This document shows positions 46,047 through 57,793 of a stretch of 64,000 bases of DNA, piece after piece. Numbering within the stretch: the stretch's first letter is position 1; each line of letters starts with the position of its first letter. Origin of the DNA: an uncultured Clostridia bacterium (GTDB lineage Bacteria > Bacillota > Clostridia > Oscillospirales > CAG-272); assembly GCA_944384585.1 (NCBI GenBank), contig CALWTY010000005.1, positions 414 through 64,413 of the forward strand, in the 5' to 3' direction. A model generated the notes under the pieces. The model made no database searches. It was not told where the DNA came from and saw only the letters and a program-made list of their open reading frames with translations. The position numbers and the translations under genes are program-made.

Positions 46047-49000
46047 CAGTGATAGTTTCCTCCGATCTTCTGTTCCACTTCGTTGACATTCATGCTCAGC
46101 ACCTTGGAGATGCCCCGATCCGGCATGGTAATGCCGTAGAGCATATCCGACGCCTCCATCGTGCCGCGGCGGTGCGTGATGGCAATGAACTGCGTCTTTT
46201 CGGAATACCGCCGCATATATTCCGCCAATCTGACGACGTTGACCTCGTCCAGCGCCGATTCGATCTCATCGAATATGCAGAAGGGCGTGGGATTGACATT
46301 CAGTATGGCAAAGATCAGCGCAATCGCCACAAACGCCTGCTCGCCGCCCGACAGAGAAATCAGATTCTTGATGATCTTCCCCGGCGGCGCGACGTTGATC
46401 TCAATGCCGCTGGTCAGCACGTTTTCGGGATCGGTGAGCGAGATTTCCGCGCTTCCGCCGCCGAACAGCTCGCGGAAGGTGACCTTGAAATGGCGGTTGA
46501 TCTCCTCCACGGCCGAAACGAATTTCGTCTTCATCTCCCGCTCCAGCCGCGAGATGATCCCGTCGAGGCTCTCCCGCGCGCGGCATAGGTCGTCGTATTG
46601 CTCCTTGCTGAAGTCATAGCGCTGTTTGACGTCGCCGTATTCGTCGATTGCGCCGAGATTGACCGAGCCGAGGGCGCGCAGCTTGCCCCGCAGCTCGCTC
46701 TGCCTGGCGCCGAAGGAGGCGCGGGTCTGCTCCGTCACCGGAGGATAGTTCAGCTCCGCCGCGGCGGAATAGGTCAGCTCGTAGTCCTCCCAGATCTTCG
46801 CCGCCAGCCGGTCGTATTCGGCGGTAAGCTGCTCCCGCTTCCCCTCCGCCTTGGTATATTCCCGGAACACCAGCTCTCTGCGGTGACTGCTGTCGCGCAG
46901 CTTCTCGCGGATGGCGCTCTGCTGCTTCTCGTATTCCAGATTCTGTCCGATCACCGCCCGCCGTTCCTGCTCCAGGCTCTCGATATCGCCGTCCAGTGCG
47001 TCATAGGAGAGCTTATTCTCACTGACGCGGTTGCGGGCGTCGGTCAGCTTCTCGTTCAGCTCGCAGATCAGCCGCTCCGCGCGCTCGATCTGCTCCGCCA
47101 GCGCCGTCAGCGTGCCTGTATTCATCGCGGCGTTGTTTTCCAGCGCCTCGATATCCTTTTCGGCGGCGGTTTTTTCGATCAGAAGGCTGTTTTGCTTCGC
47201 ATTCAGCTCCGCCAGACGATCATCGGCGGCATTGCGCTCAGAGACGGCGGCGCGGGTACGCGCCTTTGCCTCCTCCAGCCGTTCCCCCGCCTCCCGCAGG
47301 CTTTCATTCAGCGCCCGATGCTCGCTGTCATAATTTTCATGCGCCTCGCCCAGCCCCGCAAGATCGCGGGACAATGCCTCGCGGCGGGCATTTTCGCTTT
47401 CCAGGCGGCTTTCATTGACCTCATACTGCGTCTGTTCGGCGCGCAGCATCGTCTGCAGCAGCTCGATCCGCTCCGACAGGGAGGCGGCTTCCTTTTCGAG
47501 CTTTTCCCGTTCGGCGCGGGCTTCTCCCGTCCGGAGATCAAGCTCGGTGCTTTCGAGGCGGAGCGCCGAGATGCCGTTTTTCAGCGCCCCGATTTCTGCG
47601 GTGCGGGGCAGAATGCCGCCGTCGCTCTTGACCGATCCTCCGGTAAAGGAGCCTCCCGCATTGATCAGCTGCCCGTCGAGCGTCACGATCCGCAGGCGAT
47701 AGCCGAAGGCCTTGGCGGTGGCGGCGGCGTGATCGATCCCGTCGAAGACCGCCGTCCTGCCGAGCATATAGCCGATGACTCCCTCGTATTTGCCGTCGCA
47801 GTCGCAGAGGCGGTCCGCCATGCCGACATAGCCCTTCTGCCGTTTCAGATCGGCCTCCGGGATATGCAGCGGCTGCGCCTTGACCGAGGTGATGGGATAA
47901 AAGGTCGCCCTGCCGCCGTTTGTCCGCTTCAGATATGCAATAGCGGCCTTGGCAGCCTCCTCATCCTCGGTGATGATATTCTGTATATTGGCGCCGAGCG
48001 CCGTTTCGATCGCGATGCTGTATTCCGGTCGGACCGAGATCACGCGGGAGACCGGCCCGCAGATGCCTTTGAGCTGTCCCCCCGAAACCCCGTGCATCAC
48101 GTTCTTGACACTGTAATGATAGCCCTCCAGCAGCTCATCCATACGGCGAAGCGTCTCGGCGCGCTGCTGCTTCGATTCGATGGAAAGCGTGAGGGCGTCC
48201 CGCTTCTCCTTCATCGATCCGAGCCGCTCGTCGATCTCCGCCATGCCGCGTCGGTTTTGCTCCGCCTCCGCCCTCACGGCGTCGATCGCCTGCCCATACT
48301 CCGAGAGCGTCCGCTCCCCCCGCCGCTTGGCGTCGGTCAGGGAGGCGAGGGTCTGCTCGGTCTGCCGGAGCTCCTCCTCTATGCCGGCGCTCCGCCCGCT
48401 TTCGGCTTCATGCGAGCCCTCCAGCGCCGAAAGACGGACCTTCAGCTCAAGCAGCTCCGCCTCAATCAGCCGTTGGTCGTCCTCGCAGGAGAGAATTTTC
48501 TCCTCCGCCCGTTCGCTGCGCGCCTCTGCGTCGGTCACGGCAAGCTCCGTCTCGCGAAGCGCCTCAACGATCCCGGTCCGCTTCTCCCTGCCGGCGGTAA
48601 GGCTGTCCTCCAGCTCTCCCCCGCGCTTTTTCCCGTCCTCCAGCGAGAGGCGCGCCAGTGCCAGCTCGTTTTCGGTCTGCGCGATGCGGCTTTCGGTGTG
48701 CAGGATATCGTTCTCCAGCACGCGAGCGGCGCTTTCGATGCCGTGCTTCCGTTCGGTATAGCGGCTCACCTTATCGGCCAGCGTTTCTGCGTGCGCCTGC
48801 CCCTCCGCCGCCTTCTGATAGAGCCGTTCGCTCTTCTCCTCCAGCGACGAAATCTCGCCGTCTACCGATTCCAGCTCCAGCTTGGCCGCCATAAAGGCGC
48901 GCTCCGTCTCGTTGGCCTTCGCGCGCATCGCCTCTGCGTCATAGAGCCAGAGCGACACGTCGACAGCCTTTTTCTGCTCGTACAGCTCCAGATATTTCCT

Positions 49001-49642
49001 CGCCGCCGCCGCTTCCTTTTCAAGAGGGCCGACCCGCGCGCCCAGCTCCGACAGCAGATCGCCGAGGCGGACGAGATTGGCCTCGGTCTCCTTGAGCTTC
49101 CGCTCGGCTTCATTCTTGCGGAAGCGGTATTTGGAGATCCCCGCCGCCTCCTCGAAGACCGAGCGCCGCTCGTCGCTCTTCTGCGAGATGATTTCGGCAA
49201 TCTTGCCCTGTCCGATATTGGAATAGCCGGTCTTGCCGACGCCGGTGTTCATGAACAGCTCCGCAATATCACGGAGTCGGACCGCCCGACCGTTGATCAG
49301 ATATTCGCTGTCGCCGTCGCGGTAATACCGTCTTGTCACGGTGACCTCGTCGTATTCGCTTTCCAGCCGTCCGATGCCGGCGGTATTGTCGATCACCAGC
49401 GAGACCTCGGCATAGCCCATCGGACGGCGGTTATCCGAGCCTCCGAAGATCACGTCCTCCATCTTCGAGCCGCGGATGCTCTTGGTCGACATCTCTCCCA
49501 GAACCCAGCGGACGGCGTCGGTTATATTTGATTTTCCGCTCCCGTTCGGCCCCACCACGACGGTGATGCCACGGTCGAAGCGGAGAACCGTTTTATCCGG
49601 AAAGGATTTGAACCCCTGCATTTCCAGTGCCTTCAGCCTCAA
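46046..49642 (-). CDS. smc: chromosome partition protein Smc
   Basis: 1198 aa with Walker A GPNGSGKSN, long coiled coils, a hinge and a C-terminal LSGGE. TTG start after SD aaaggag. Confidence 0.96.
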   Translation of the reverse strand: MRLKALEMQGFKSFPDKTVLRFDRGITVVVGPNGSGKSNITDAVRWVLGEMSTKSIRGSKMEDVIFGGSDNRRPMGYAEVSLVIDNTAGIGRLESEYDEVTVTRRYYRDGDSEYLINGRAVRLRDIAELFMNTGVGKTGYSNIGQGKIAEIISQKSDERRSVFEEAAGISKYRFRKNEAERKLKETEANLVRLGDLLSELGARVGPLEKEAAAARKYLELYEQKKAVDVSLWLYDAEAMRAKANETERAFMAAKLELESVDGEISSLEEKSERLYQKAAEGQAHAETLADKVSRYTERKHGIESAARVLENDILHTESRIAQTENELALARLSLEDGKKRGGELEDSLTAGREKRTGIVEALRETELAVTDAEARSERAEEKILSCEDDQRLIEAELLELKVRLSALEGSHEAESGRSAGIEEELRQTEQTLASLTDAKRRGERTLSEYGQAIDAVRAEAEQNRRGMAEIDERLGSMKEKRDALTLSIESKQQRAETLRRMDELLEGYHYSVKNVMHGVSGGQLKGICGPVSRVISVRPEYSIAIETALGANIQNIITEDEEAAKAAIAYLKRTNGGRATFYPITSVKAQPLHIPEADLKRQKGYVGMADRLCDCDGKYEGVIGYMLGRTAVFDGIDHAAATAKAFGYRLRIVTLDGQLINAGGSFTGGSVKSDGGILPRTAEIGALKNGISALRLESTELDLRTGEARAEREKLEKEAASLSERIELLQTMLRAEQTQYEVNESRLESENARREALSRDLAGLGEAHENYDSEHRALNESLREAGERLEEAKARTRAAVSERNAADDRLAELNAKQNSLLIEKTAAEKDIEALENNAAMNTGTLTALAEQIERAERLICELNEKLTDARNRVSENKLSYDALDGDIESLEQERRAVIGQNLEYEKQQSAIREKLRDSSHRRELVFREYTKAEGKREQLTAEYDRLAAKIWEDYELTYSAAAELNYPPVTEQTRASFGARQSELRGKLRALGSVNLGAIDEYGDVKQRYDFSKEQYDDLCRARESLDGIISRLEREMKTKFVSAVEEINRHFKVTFRELFGGGSAEISLTDPENVLTSGIEINVAPPGKIIKNLISLSGGEQAFVAIALIFAILNVNPTPFCIFDEIESALDEVNVVRLAEYMRRYSEKTQFIAITHRRGTMEASDMLYGITMPDRGISKVLSMNVNEVEQKIGGNYH

Positions 49643-49816
49643 AGCGGATACTCCTTTTCTGCTTCTGTCAATTGAGCTTGTCGATCATACCGATACGGTC
49701 ATACCGGGCGCGCCCCGCGCTCCCCGATCCGATCCTATCGATACGATTCTGCTGTTTTTCGTTCCGTGTCCCGATTATTTCCGCGCGCCGCGCATGATTT
49801 CTGCCGATCCTCACGG

Positions 49817-50851
49817 TCAGCCTTCCCCGTTCATCACCTCGACGGCGCAGCGGTATCCGCTCAGCCCCGCCTCCTCCCGGAAGCGAAGCTCCGCCGGGGC
49901 AAATTCGGAAATCAGCCGGCTGCGAATGCAGCCCCTCTGTCCGATGGCCTTTGAAAGCGCGCCGACCGGCACCGCGACGGTAACCCGTCTGCCCCTGACC
50001 CGCTCCGCCATCGGCAGCAGCGCCCGGCGGATTCCGGCGGCAAACAGCTCGCCCTCCGCCAGCTCCCCCATTGCCGGGTGATATGCGCCGAAGACGATCC
50101 CGTCCTCGTCATACAGCGTCTCCGACGCATGAAGTCCGATGCGTAGCACGGGAACTCCGTGATCGGCAAAGACCGCAAGCGCCCCCGCCGTCCTCCCGAC
50201 CGCCTCCTGCAGCGTGGGCGGCGTATAGAGCCCTGCCCGTGTCATCTCCTCCAGCGCCGTGCCGCGGAAGACCATCGTCGGATAGATCCGCGCTCCCTCA
50301 GCGCCGAGGCGGCAGATCGCCTCCGCCGTATCGCGCTCCGACTCCGGCGTTGCGGCGGGCAGCCCCGTCATCATCTGTCCCACAAGCGAAAAGCCGTATG
50401 CCCGCACCAGCCGGCAGGCCCGCTCGGAATCGGCGGCGGTATGCCCCCGTCCCGCAGCCGCCAGCACCCGGTCATCCATGCTCTGGATTCCCAGCTCGAT
50501 ATGCCGCACCCCGTATCGGGCAAGGAGCGAAAGGCGCTCCTCGTCGATATAGTCGGGGCGGGTAGAAAGGCGGAGGGAGGTAACCCTTCCGCTTCTGATG
50601 TAGGAATCTGCGGTTTCAAGCAGGCGGCACATCAGTTCCCGGTCGAGGCCGGTGAAGCTGCCGCCGAAAAAGGCGATCTCCGTCTCGCAGGAAGGGTCCG
50701 TCGTCCGCAGCGCCCGTTCGATTTCCTCCCGCACCGATTCCTCCCGGAAGCGCGGGCGCCCCGAAATACTCCTCTGATTGCAGAAAACACAGCGGTTTGG
50801 GCAGCCGAGGTGCGGGATGAAGATCGGGATATTGATATGACGCTTTTTCAC
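49817..50851 (-). CDS. radical SAM protein (ELP3-like family)
   Basis: CPNRCVFCNQ CxxxCxxC motif at the N-terminus. Sits between rnc and smc. Confidence 0.8.
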   Translation of the reverse strand: MKKRHINIPIFIPHLGCPNRCVFCNQRSISGRPRFREESVREEIERALRTTDPSCETEIAFFGGSFTGLDRELMCRLLETADSYIRSGRVTSLRLSTRPDYIDEERLSLLARYGVRHIELGIQSMDDRVLAAAGRGHTAADSERACRLVRAYGFSLVGQMMTGLPAATPESERDTAEAICRLGAEGARIYPTMVFRGTALEEMTRAGLYTPPTLQEAVGRTAGALAVFADHGVPVLRIGLHASETLYDEDGIVFGAYHPAMGELAEGELFAAGIRRALLPMAERVRGRRVTVAVPVGALSKAIGQRGCIRSRLISEFAPAELRFREEAGLSGYRCAVEVMNGEG

Positions 50852-50857
50852 GGTCGG

Positions 50858-51577
50858 TCAGATCCCGAAGAGCGCCAGCGCTTCCTTGGCGGCGCTCTGC
50901 TCGGCGGCGCGCTTGGTGCTGCCGCAGCCTCTGCCGATGACGTTGCCGTTGAGGTGCGCCTCTACGGTAAACTCCCGCTTATGGGCGGGCCCCTCCTCCC
51001 GCACCGTGACGTATTCCAGAATATCCCCCCGCTCCTGCTGGATGATCTGCTGCAGCGAGGTCTTGTAATCCAGGTCCTTGCCGGTCTGCATGATCACCGC
51101 CACCTCCTCCACGATCCTTGGGAGCAGGAAGGCCTTGACCGGCTCGATGCCGCCGTCCAGATAGATCGCCGCCAGCAGCGCCTCAAAAGCGTCGGCCAGA
51201 ATCGACGGGCGGTTCCGTCCGTCGGTATTCTCCTCGCCGTGTCCCAGCAGCAGATAATCCCCCAGGCCGATGGCGGACGCCAGACGGCAGAGGGTCTTTT
51301 CGCAGACGGCGCTTGCGCGGATGCGGGACAGATCCCCCTCCGGCAGCGAGGAAAACCCGGTAAACAGATACTCGCTTGTCACAAAGGACAGCACCGAATC
51401 TCCGAGAAACTCCAGCCGCTCATTGCAATCGGAGCGCTGATCCCTTGCCTTCATCTCGTTGGAATACGAGGAATGGGTCAGAGCCAGGCGCAGCTTTTCC
51501 TGATCGGAAAAGCGATATCCGATCGTCTTCTCCAGCCCGTCGGTGGGGAGGGAATGCGATATACTCATGTCTTTCAC
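50858..51577 (-). CDS. rnc: ribonuclease III
   Basis: NERLEFLGDSVL signature plus a C-terminal dsRBD (GSTKRAAEQSAAKEAL). Confidence 0.94.
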   Translation of the reverse strand: MKDMSISHSLPTDGLEKTIGYRFSDQEKLRLALTHSSYSNEMKARDQRSDCNERLEFLGDSVLSFVTSEYLFTGFSSLPEGDLSRIRASAVCEKTLCRLASAIGLGDYLLLGHGEENTDGRNRPSILADAFEALLAAIYLDGGIEPVKAFLLPRIVEEVAVIMQTGKDLDYKTSLQQIIQQERGDILEYVTVREEGPAHKREFTVEAHLNGNVIGRGCGSTKRAAEQSAAKEALALFGI

Positions 51578-51599
51578 TCCTTTTCACACGGCGAAAGGA

Positions 51600-52625
51600 T
51601 TACACCTCCTCCCGCTCCTGCGGAATCAGTTCCGGAACGACCAGCTTTGCAATCTCGTAGGTCACGTTATTCTCGACGCAGCTGACCGCCTGACGGATCG
51701 CGTTGCGGATCGCCACGGCGTCAGAGCCCCCGTGCGCCTTGATCACGGTTTTCGACAGACCGAGGATCGGCGCTCCGCCGTATTCCGAAGCATCGAAATC
51801 CTTCTTCATCCGCCGCATACCGTTTTTCACGCCGAGCCAGGAGGCCTTGGTAATGGGATTCTCATTGAAGACGCCCTTGAGCTTTTTCACGAAGAAGGCC
51901 GCACAGCCCTCGGTGAGCTTCAGCACGATATTACCGGCAAAGCCGTCGCAGACCAGCACGTCGCAAGCGCCCATCGGAAGCTCCTTGCCCTCGACGTTTC
52001 CGATGAAATTGATCCCCGACGCCGCCTCCAGAAGAGGATAGGCCTCAGCGACGGTCTTGGTCCCCTTCGCCCGCTCCGCGCCGATATTGAGCAGTCCGAC
52101 GCGGGGGTTCTCGACCCGCAGGATGCGGTTCATATAGACGCTTCCCATCTTGGCAAGCTGAACGTAGGTTTCGGGGAACAGCTCGATATTGGCGCCGCTG
52201 TCGATCAGCAGCGTCGGATTCTGATAGGGCAGCACCGTCGCGATGGCGGACTTCTGAATGCCCTTGATCCTTCTGACGATGAGGGTGGAGCCGGCGTGCA
52301 GCGCCCCGGTATTGCCGGCGCTGACAAAGGCATCGCCCTTCCCCTCCGCCAGCAGCTTCAGTCCCTTCCCCATTGAGGAATCCTTCTTTTCCCGCACCAC
52401 GCTCAGCGGCGCGTCCTCCATCGTCACGACCTCCGTCGTGTGGATCAGCTCGATGTTGGGCAGCTCGAGCTTCAGCCCCCTTGCAGCCGCGACGGCGCGG
52501 AGGATATCCTCATTCCCGATGAAGGAAAAGGACACCGACGGCGTCTCAATCGCCGCCTGTACCGCGCCGCAGAGCTGCTCGAGCGGCGCTTTGTCCCCGC
52601 TCATGATATCGATCAGGATTTTCAT
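51600..52625 (-). CDS. plsX: phosphate acyltransferase PlsX
   Basis: [12 protein letters not shown]-terminus and VSAGNTGAL motif. 341 aa. Confidence 0.94.
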   Translation of the reverse strand: MKILIDIMSGDKAPLEQLCGAVQAAIETPSVSFSFIGNEDILRAVAAARGLKLELPNIELIHTTEVVTMEDAPLSVVREKKDSSMGKGLKLLAEGKGDAFVSAGNTGALHAGSTLIVRRIKGIQKSAIATVLPYQNPTLLIDSGANIELFPETYVQLAKMGSVYMNRILRVENPRVGLLNIGAERAKGTKTVAEAYPLLEAASGINFIGNVEGKELPMGACDVLVCDGFAGNIVLKLTEGCAAFFVKKLKGVFNENPITKASWLGVKNGMRRMKKDFDASEYGGAPILGLSKTVIKAHGGSDAVAIRNAIRQAVSCVENNVTYEIAKLVVPELIPQEREEV

Positions 52626-53998
52626 ATATGATTCCCCTCTGTCTCTGTATTTTCGGAATGCATCGGCCCGATACCCGCCGTCTCCCGCACCGTTCCGATA
52701 TACGCAAGCGACCTCGCCGCCAGCGCCTCGTTCTTTGCGGCCTTGCCGCCCTTGACCCGATGGCCGAGGGGGGCGACCAGTCCGAAATTTGCATTCATCG
52801 GCTGGAAGGAGGTGACGTTTTCATCCGAGACATAGCGCGCCAGCGCTCCGATCACCGTGATGCTCTCCGGCAGAAACGGCGGTTCTCCTTTCGCCCGTTT
52901 CGCAGCGTTGACGCCTGCCAGCCAGCCGGAGGCCGCCGATTCGACGTAGCCCTCCACCCCCGTCATCTGTCCGGCAAAAAAGAGCCTCGGCTCCTTGCGG
53001 AGAGAATAATCGGGCGACAGCAGCCGCGGAGAATTCAGATAAGTATTGCGGTGCATCACACCGTAGCGCAGAAAAGCGGCATTCTCCAGCCCCGGGATCA
53101 TTCCGAAGACCCGTTTCTGCTCCCCGAAGATGAGATGGGTCTGAAAGCCGACCAGATTGTACATGGTTCCCTCGCGGTTCTCGGCACGGAGCTGCACGAC
53201 GGCGTAGGGCTCCCGGTCGGTGCCGGGATAGGGCAGGCCGACCGGCTTGAGCGGCCCGTAGCGAAGGGTATCCCGTCCCCGCCTTGCCATGACCTCCACC
53301 GGCATACACCCCTCAAAGACCTTCAGATCCCGCTGCTGCGCGCGGTCAAAGTCCTTCAGCTCGGCTTCCTCGGCGGTGATCAGCGCCTCATAAAAGCGCT
53401 CGTACTCCTCCCGTTCCATCGGGCAGTTGATATAGGAGGCCTCCCCCTTGCCGTAGCGGGAGGCGAAATATGCCTTGCTCATATCGATCGTCGAAAAATC
53501 CACGATCGGCGCGGCAGCGTCAAAAAAGCTGAGGGATTTCTCTCCGAGATATTCACCCAGCCGCTTCGCCAGCGCGTCGGAGGTGAGCGGCCCGCTCGCC
53601 GTCACCGTGATCCCGTCGGGAAGCTCCGTCACCTCGGCGGGGATGATCTCGATTTTCGGATGGGAGCGGAGCTTTTCCGTGATATAATCGGAAAACGCCC
53701 TTCGATCCACCGCCAGCGCAGCCCCTGCCGGGACTGCATTCCGATCGGCAGCCTCCATGATAAGCGAGCCGAGGCGGCGCAGCTCCTCCTTCAGCAGTCC
53801 GACCGCGTTTGACAGCTGCGCCGACCGAAGGGAATTGGAGCATACCAGCTCTGCAAAGCCGTCATAGCGGTGCGCGGGGGTCTTTTTCTCAGGCTTCATC
53901 TCAAAAAGCCTGACCGGAACGCCGGCCTCCGCCGCCTGCCAGGCGGCCTCCGCCCCGGCAAGCCCCGCACCGATCACCGTAATAAAACATTCGCTCAT
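52622..53998 (-). CDS. trmFO: methylenetetrahydrofolate--tRNA-(uracil-5-)-methyltransferase TrmFO
   Basis: [17 protein letters not shown] loop and [13 protein letters not shown] overlaps with both topA and plsX. Confidence 0.93.
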   Translation of the reverse strand: MSECFITVIGAGLAGAEAAWQAAEAGVPVRLFEMKPEKKTPAHRYDGFAELVCSNSLRSAQLSNAVGLLKEELRRLGSLIMEAADRNAVPAGAALAVDRRAFSDYITEKLRSHPKIEIIPAEVTELPDGITVTASGPLTSDALAKRLGEYLGEKSLSFFDAAAPIVDFSTIDMSKAYFASRYGKGEASYINCPMEREEYERFYEALITAEEAELKDFDRAQQRDLKVFEGCMPVEVMARRGRDTLRYGPLKPVGLPYPGTDREPYAVVQLRAENREGTMYNLVGFQTHLIFGEQKRVFGMIPGLENAAFLRYGVMHRNTYLNSPRLLSPDYSLRKEPRLFFAGQMTGVEGYVESAASGWLAGVNAAKRAKGEPPFLPESITVIGALARYVSDENVTSFQPMNANFGLVAPLGHRVKGGKAAKNEALAARSLAYIGTVRETAGIGPMHSENTETEGNHI

Positions 53999-56250
53999 TC
54001 GCTCTTCTCCGGCAGCTCCGCCTTGTAGCCGCATTCCTTTTCATGGCAGACGAGCAGCTTCTTTCCCTTTTTGACATACAGCATCCGTCCGCACCGCGGG
54101 CAAAGCTCTGAGGTCGGTATATCCCACGAGACGAAATCGCAGTCGGGATGCTTTTCGCAGGAATAGAAGACGCTGCGGTTCTTCCCGGTTCTGACCACGA
54201 TCTGCCCGCCGCATTTCGGGCAGGCGACCCCGATGGGCTTGAGGATCTGGCGGGTATTCTTGCAGCGGGGATAATTGGAGCAGGCGATGAAGTCGCCGTA
54301 CCGCCCGTGCCGCTTCAGCATCTCGCCGCCGCACAGCTCGCAAAGCTCTCCCGTCTTTTCGGGAGGCGTTTCCTCCTTCTCGACGACCTTTCCGTCCTTA
54401 TCGATCGGCTTGGTATTCCGGCAATCGGGATAGTTCGGGCAGGCGGCGAATTTGCCGTATCGCCCCTGCTTCACCACCATCCTCGCGCCGCATTTGTCGC
54501 ACAGGATATCGGTCTGCTGCTCCGGGACGATGATCTCCTCCTTCGTGACGGTATTCTCCGCGTCGATCAGCTCCTTCTCAAAGCCGTCGTAGAAGCTCTC
54601 CAGCACCGTCTTCATATCGGTTTCGCCGCTTGCGATGCTGTCCAGCTCATCCTCCATCTGCGCCGTGAAGGCATAGTCGACGATCTCGGGGAAATACTTC
54701 ATCATGATATCGGTCGTCAGCTCTCCCAGCGGCGTCGGCTTCAGGCTCTTGCCCTCCCGCTCGACGTATCCTCTTGAGATGATCGTGGTAATGATGGTGG
54801 CGAAGGTACTCGGCCGTCCGATGCCCTTCTCCTCCAGAAATTTGACCAGCGAACCCTCGTTGTAGCGCGCCGGCGGCTCGGTAAAATGCTGCTCCGGGAG
54901 CAGCTTCTCGCAAATCAGCTTCTCTCCCTCGGTCAGCTCGGGCAGCCTTGCCTTTTTCGGCTCCCCCTCATCCCCCTCCTCGCTGTAATCGTAGACGGCC
55001 ATAAAGCCCTGGAAGCGCACGACCGATCCCGAGGCGCGGAAGAGGCAGCCTCCCGCCTCCAGTTCCGCGCTGACGGTATCCAGCTCCGCTGACGCCATCT
55101 GGCTGGCGATGAAGCGGCTCCAGATCAGCTTATAGAGCTTATACTGGTCGGGGGTCAGCTGCTTGCGGATGGCGTCGGGCTCAAAGCGCAGGTTGGAGGG
55201 GCGGATCGCCTCATGCGCATCCTGTGCGTTGGCCTTGGAGCGGTAGACCCGCGGGGAGGCGGGGCAGTAGTCCTCGCCGTATTTGCTTCGGATATGCTCC
55301 CTTGCGGCGTCGCTCGCCTCGGAGGAGATGCGGAGGGAGTCGGTTCTCATATAGGTGATCAGACCCTGCACACCGCCGTTGGCAGAGCCGAGGTTGATCC
55401 CCTCGTAAAGCTCCTGTGCCACCTTCATGATGCGCTGCGATTGGAAGCCCAGCTTCCGCGACGCCTCCTGCTGCATGGTAGAGGTGGTGAAGGGAGGCGC
55501 GGGATTCCTTGTCCTGACGGCCCGTTTCACGGAGGCAACGGTAAACTCCCCGCCCGACGCCGCCTCCGCGACGCGGTCGGCGGAGCGCTGATCCTTCAGC
55601 TCCGTCCTCTCGCCGCCGATCCCGTAGAAATGCGCCGTCAGGCGTTCTCCCTTCCGGTTGGCAAGCGCCGCGTCGACCGTCCAGTATTCCTCCGGCACAA
55701 AGGCGCGGATCTCCCGCTCCCGCTCGACGATGATCCGGGCGGCGACCGACTGGACGCGGCCTGCAGAAAGGCCGGAGCGGACCGTTTTCCAGAGGAAGGG
55801 CGAGAGCTTATAGCCGACGATGCGGTCGAGGATGCGGCGCGCCTGCTGGGAATTGACCAGCTCCATGTCGATATTGCGCGGCTCCTTGATGGAATTCTTG
55901 ATCGCCGTCTTGGTCAGCTCGTTGAAGGTGATGCGGCGGGTCTGCTCGATCGGGATGCCGAGGACGTTTGCCAGATGCCAGGAGATCGCCTCTCCCTCCC
56001 GATCGGGGTCGGTTGCAAAAAAGATCTTGGAGGCGGATTTCGCCTCTTTTTTCAGTTCCCTGATGATATCGCCCTTGCCTCTGATATTGATATAGTGCGC
56101 CTCGAAGCCGTTTTCGATATCAACGCCGAGCGAGCTTTTGGGCAGGTCGCGCAAATGTCCCTTGGAGGCGACGACCTTATAATTCGAGCCGAGATAATTC
56201 TTGATGGTAGGTGCTTTATACGGGGACTCTATGATGACAAGATTGGCCAT
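53995..56250 (-). CDS. topA: DNA topoisomerase I
   Basis: TOPRIM N-terminus ([10 protein letters not shown]), active-site region YITYMRTDS, and C-terminal CxxC zinc ribbons. Confidence 0.96.
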   Translation of the reverse strand: MANLVIIESPYKAPTIKNYLGSNYKVVASKGHLRDLPKSSLGVDIENGFEAHYINIRGKGDIIRELKKEAKSASKIFFATDPDREGEAISWHLANVLGIPIEQTRRITFNELTKTAIKNSIKEPRNIDMELVNSQQARRILDRIVGYKLSPFLWKTVRSGLSAGRVQSVAARIIVEREREIRAFVPEEYWTVDAALANRKGERLTAHFYGIGGERTELKDQRSADRVAEAASGGEFTVASVKRAVRTRNPAPPFTTSTMQQEASRKLGFQSQRIMKVAQELYEGINLGSANGGVQGLITYMRTDSLRISSEASDAAREHIRSKYGEDYCPASPRVYRSKANAQDAHEAIRPSNLRFEPDAIRKQLTPDQYKLYKLIWSRFIASQMASAELDTVSAELEAGGCLFRASGSVVRFQGFMAVYDYSEEGDEGEPKKARLPELTEGEKLICEKLLPEQHFTEPPARYNEGSLVKFLEEKGIGRPSTFATIITTIISRGYVEREGKSLKPTPLGELTTDIMMKYFPEIVDYAFTAQMEDELDSIASGETDMKTVLESFYDGFEKELIDAENTVTKEEIIVPEQQTDILCDKCGARMVVKQGRYGKFAACPNYPDCRNTKPIDKDGKVVEKEETPPEKTGELCELCGGEMLKRHGRYGDFIACSNYPRCKNTRQILKPIGVACPKCGGQIVVRTGKNRSVFYSCEKHPDCDFVSWDIPTSELCPRCGRMLYVKKGKKLLVCHEKECGYKAELPEKSE

Positions 56251-56357
56251 TGGTCAAGCTAAAACTCCTTCAATTCTATGATTTGGATCGCGGAAAGCGA
56301 CTTTCCCCGATGCAAGTGTATCCGGAAAGGGGACGCTTCATTCCTCTTTCCGACCGG

Positions 56358-57767
56358 TCAGATCGCGGGGTTCGCCGCATACATACCGCCCGGCAGCGCC
56401 GTGATCAGCCCCTCAAGCTCCAGCATCGTCAGGGCAGTCAGCACCCGATCGACGGGGAGGCCGGTATGACGAACGATTCCGTCGGAATCCAGCTGCTTCT
56501 TTTCGTACAGCAGCGACAGGATCTGTCTCTGCTCCTCGGGAAGACCGGCAGGCGGCTCCAAAACGGCGCGGGAGGCAGCCCCGTTTCGTCCCGGCGCTTC
56601 CGACGGGTCGGGCTGCGGGGGAGGCACTGCGGGATTGTCCCGCCGCAAAAACGCCGCGGCGGGGCGGGACGCAGGCTCTGCGGAGGAGACATCCCTCCGT
56701 GCGGCAGGGGCTATGCCCGCCGCTCCGGAAGTCATCGCCTTCTCCGACGTCCGCAGCACGCGCTCCGCTTCCCGTGAGGTGAAGCCGCTCGTCGGATCCG
56801 GGCGGGGCGCCGCCGCTTTCCCGACGAGGGAGCGGCTGCGCGGCAGAACGCGGATCGACGGAATCCGATTCAGATTGATTTTATTGCCGTAAAGGATCTG
56901 ATATTCCAACAGGATATCGGCCGCGCAGGTGATGATCGTCGCACCGTTGCGGATCAGGCGATTCGTACCGCCGCTGTTCATCTCCCCGACCTTGCCGGGC
57001 AGCGCAAAGATATCCCTTCCCTGCCCCTCCGCATATTCCGCGGTGATCAACGCGCCGCTGGAGGCGGGGGCTTCGATCACGACCGTTCCCTGACAGAGGC
57101 CGCTGATGATACGGTTCCGCATCGGGAAATGATAGCCGTTCGGCGCGGTAAAGGGCTTGAATTCCGTCAGAACGACGCCGCTGCCGATGATCTCCTTCAT
57201 CAGCCCGCCGTGCTCGGCGGGGTAGGCGCGGTCGATTCCGTTTCCCAGCACCGCCACGGTATAGCCGCCGGCATCCAGCGCGCCGCGGTGCGCCATCCCG
57301 TCCACTCCCTTTGCCATGCCGCTGACGACGACCGCGCCGGCCTTGGCCAGATCATAGGCGATGGAATAGGCGGAGCGGCTGCCGTATTCCGACATATGCC
57401 GCGTCCCCACCTCGGCAAGGCATACCTCCGGTTCAAGATCACGAAGCACGCCCTTGTAATACAGCACAATCGGCTTGCCCGGAATTCTGGCAAGCCTTGC
57501 CGGATAGAGCGGCGAATCGGGGGTCAGAATGCCGACGCCCTCGTTGCGGCAGAACGCCAGGATCTGCCTTGCGTCGTCCAGGGATTTATCCAGCAGCGCG
57601 TCGATCAGCTTCTTTCCGAGCCGCGGCAGCGCGGCATAGTCTTCCTGCCCCGCCTCGTAGATATCGGCAACCGAGCCGAAGTCATCCAGAAGCCGGCCCG
57701 CGCTTTTGCTTCCCGGTCCGCAGATCAGGCTCAACCAGAGCCACAGCAGGGTTTTCTCCTCCGTCAT
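56358..57767 (-). CDS. dprA: DNA-processing protein DprA
   Basis: SGMAKGVDGMAHRGAL Rossmann-fold core and a C-terminal winged helix. Unusually long linker. Confidence 0.9.
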   Translation of the reverse strand: MTEEKTLLWLWLSLICGPGSKSAGRLLDDFGSVADIYEAGQEDYAALPRLGKKLIDALLDKSLDDARQILAFCRNEGVGILTPDSPLYPARLARIPGKPIVLYYKGVLRDLEPEVCLAEVGTRHMSEYGSRSAYSIAYDLAKAGAVVVSGMAKGVDGMAHRGALDAGGYTVAVLGNGIDRAYPAEHGGLMKEIIGSGVVLTEFKPFTAPNGYHFPMRNRIISGLCQGTVVIEAPASSGALITAEYAEGQGRDIFALPGKVGEMNSGGTNRLIRNGATIITCAADILLEYQILYGNKINLNRIPSIRVLPRSRSLVGKAAAPRPDPTSGFTSREAERVLRTSEKAMTSGAAGIAPAARRDVSSAEPASRPAAAFLRRDNPAVPPPQPDPSEAPGRNGAASRAVLEPPAGLPEEQRQILSLLYEKKQLDSDGIVRHTGLPVDRVLTALTMLELEGLITALPGGMYAANPAI

Positions 57768-57793
57768 GTCATTCCTCCCGTTTCATCATCATG

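Noticed and set aside
46598-49531. 977-aa plus-strand ORF
   Set aside because: Antisense to smc. Leu/Arg-rich mirror image of the coiled-coil codons.
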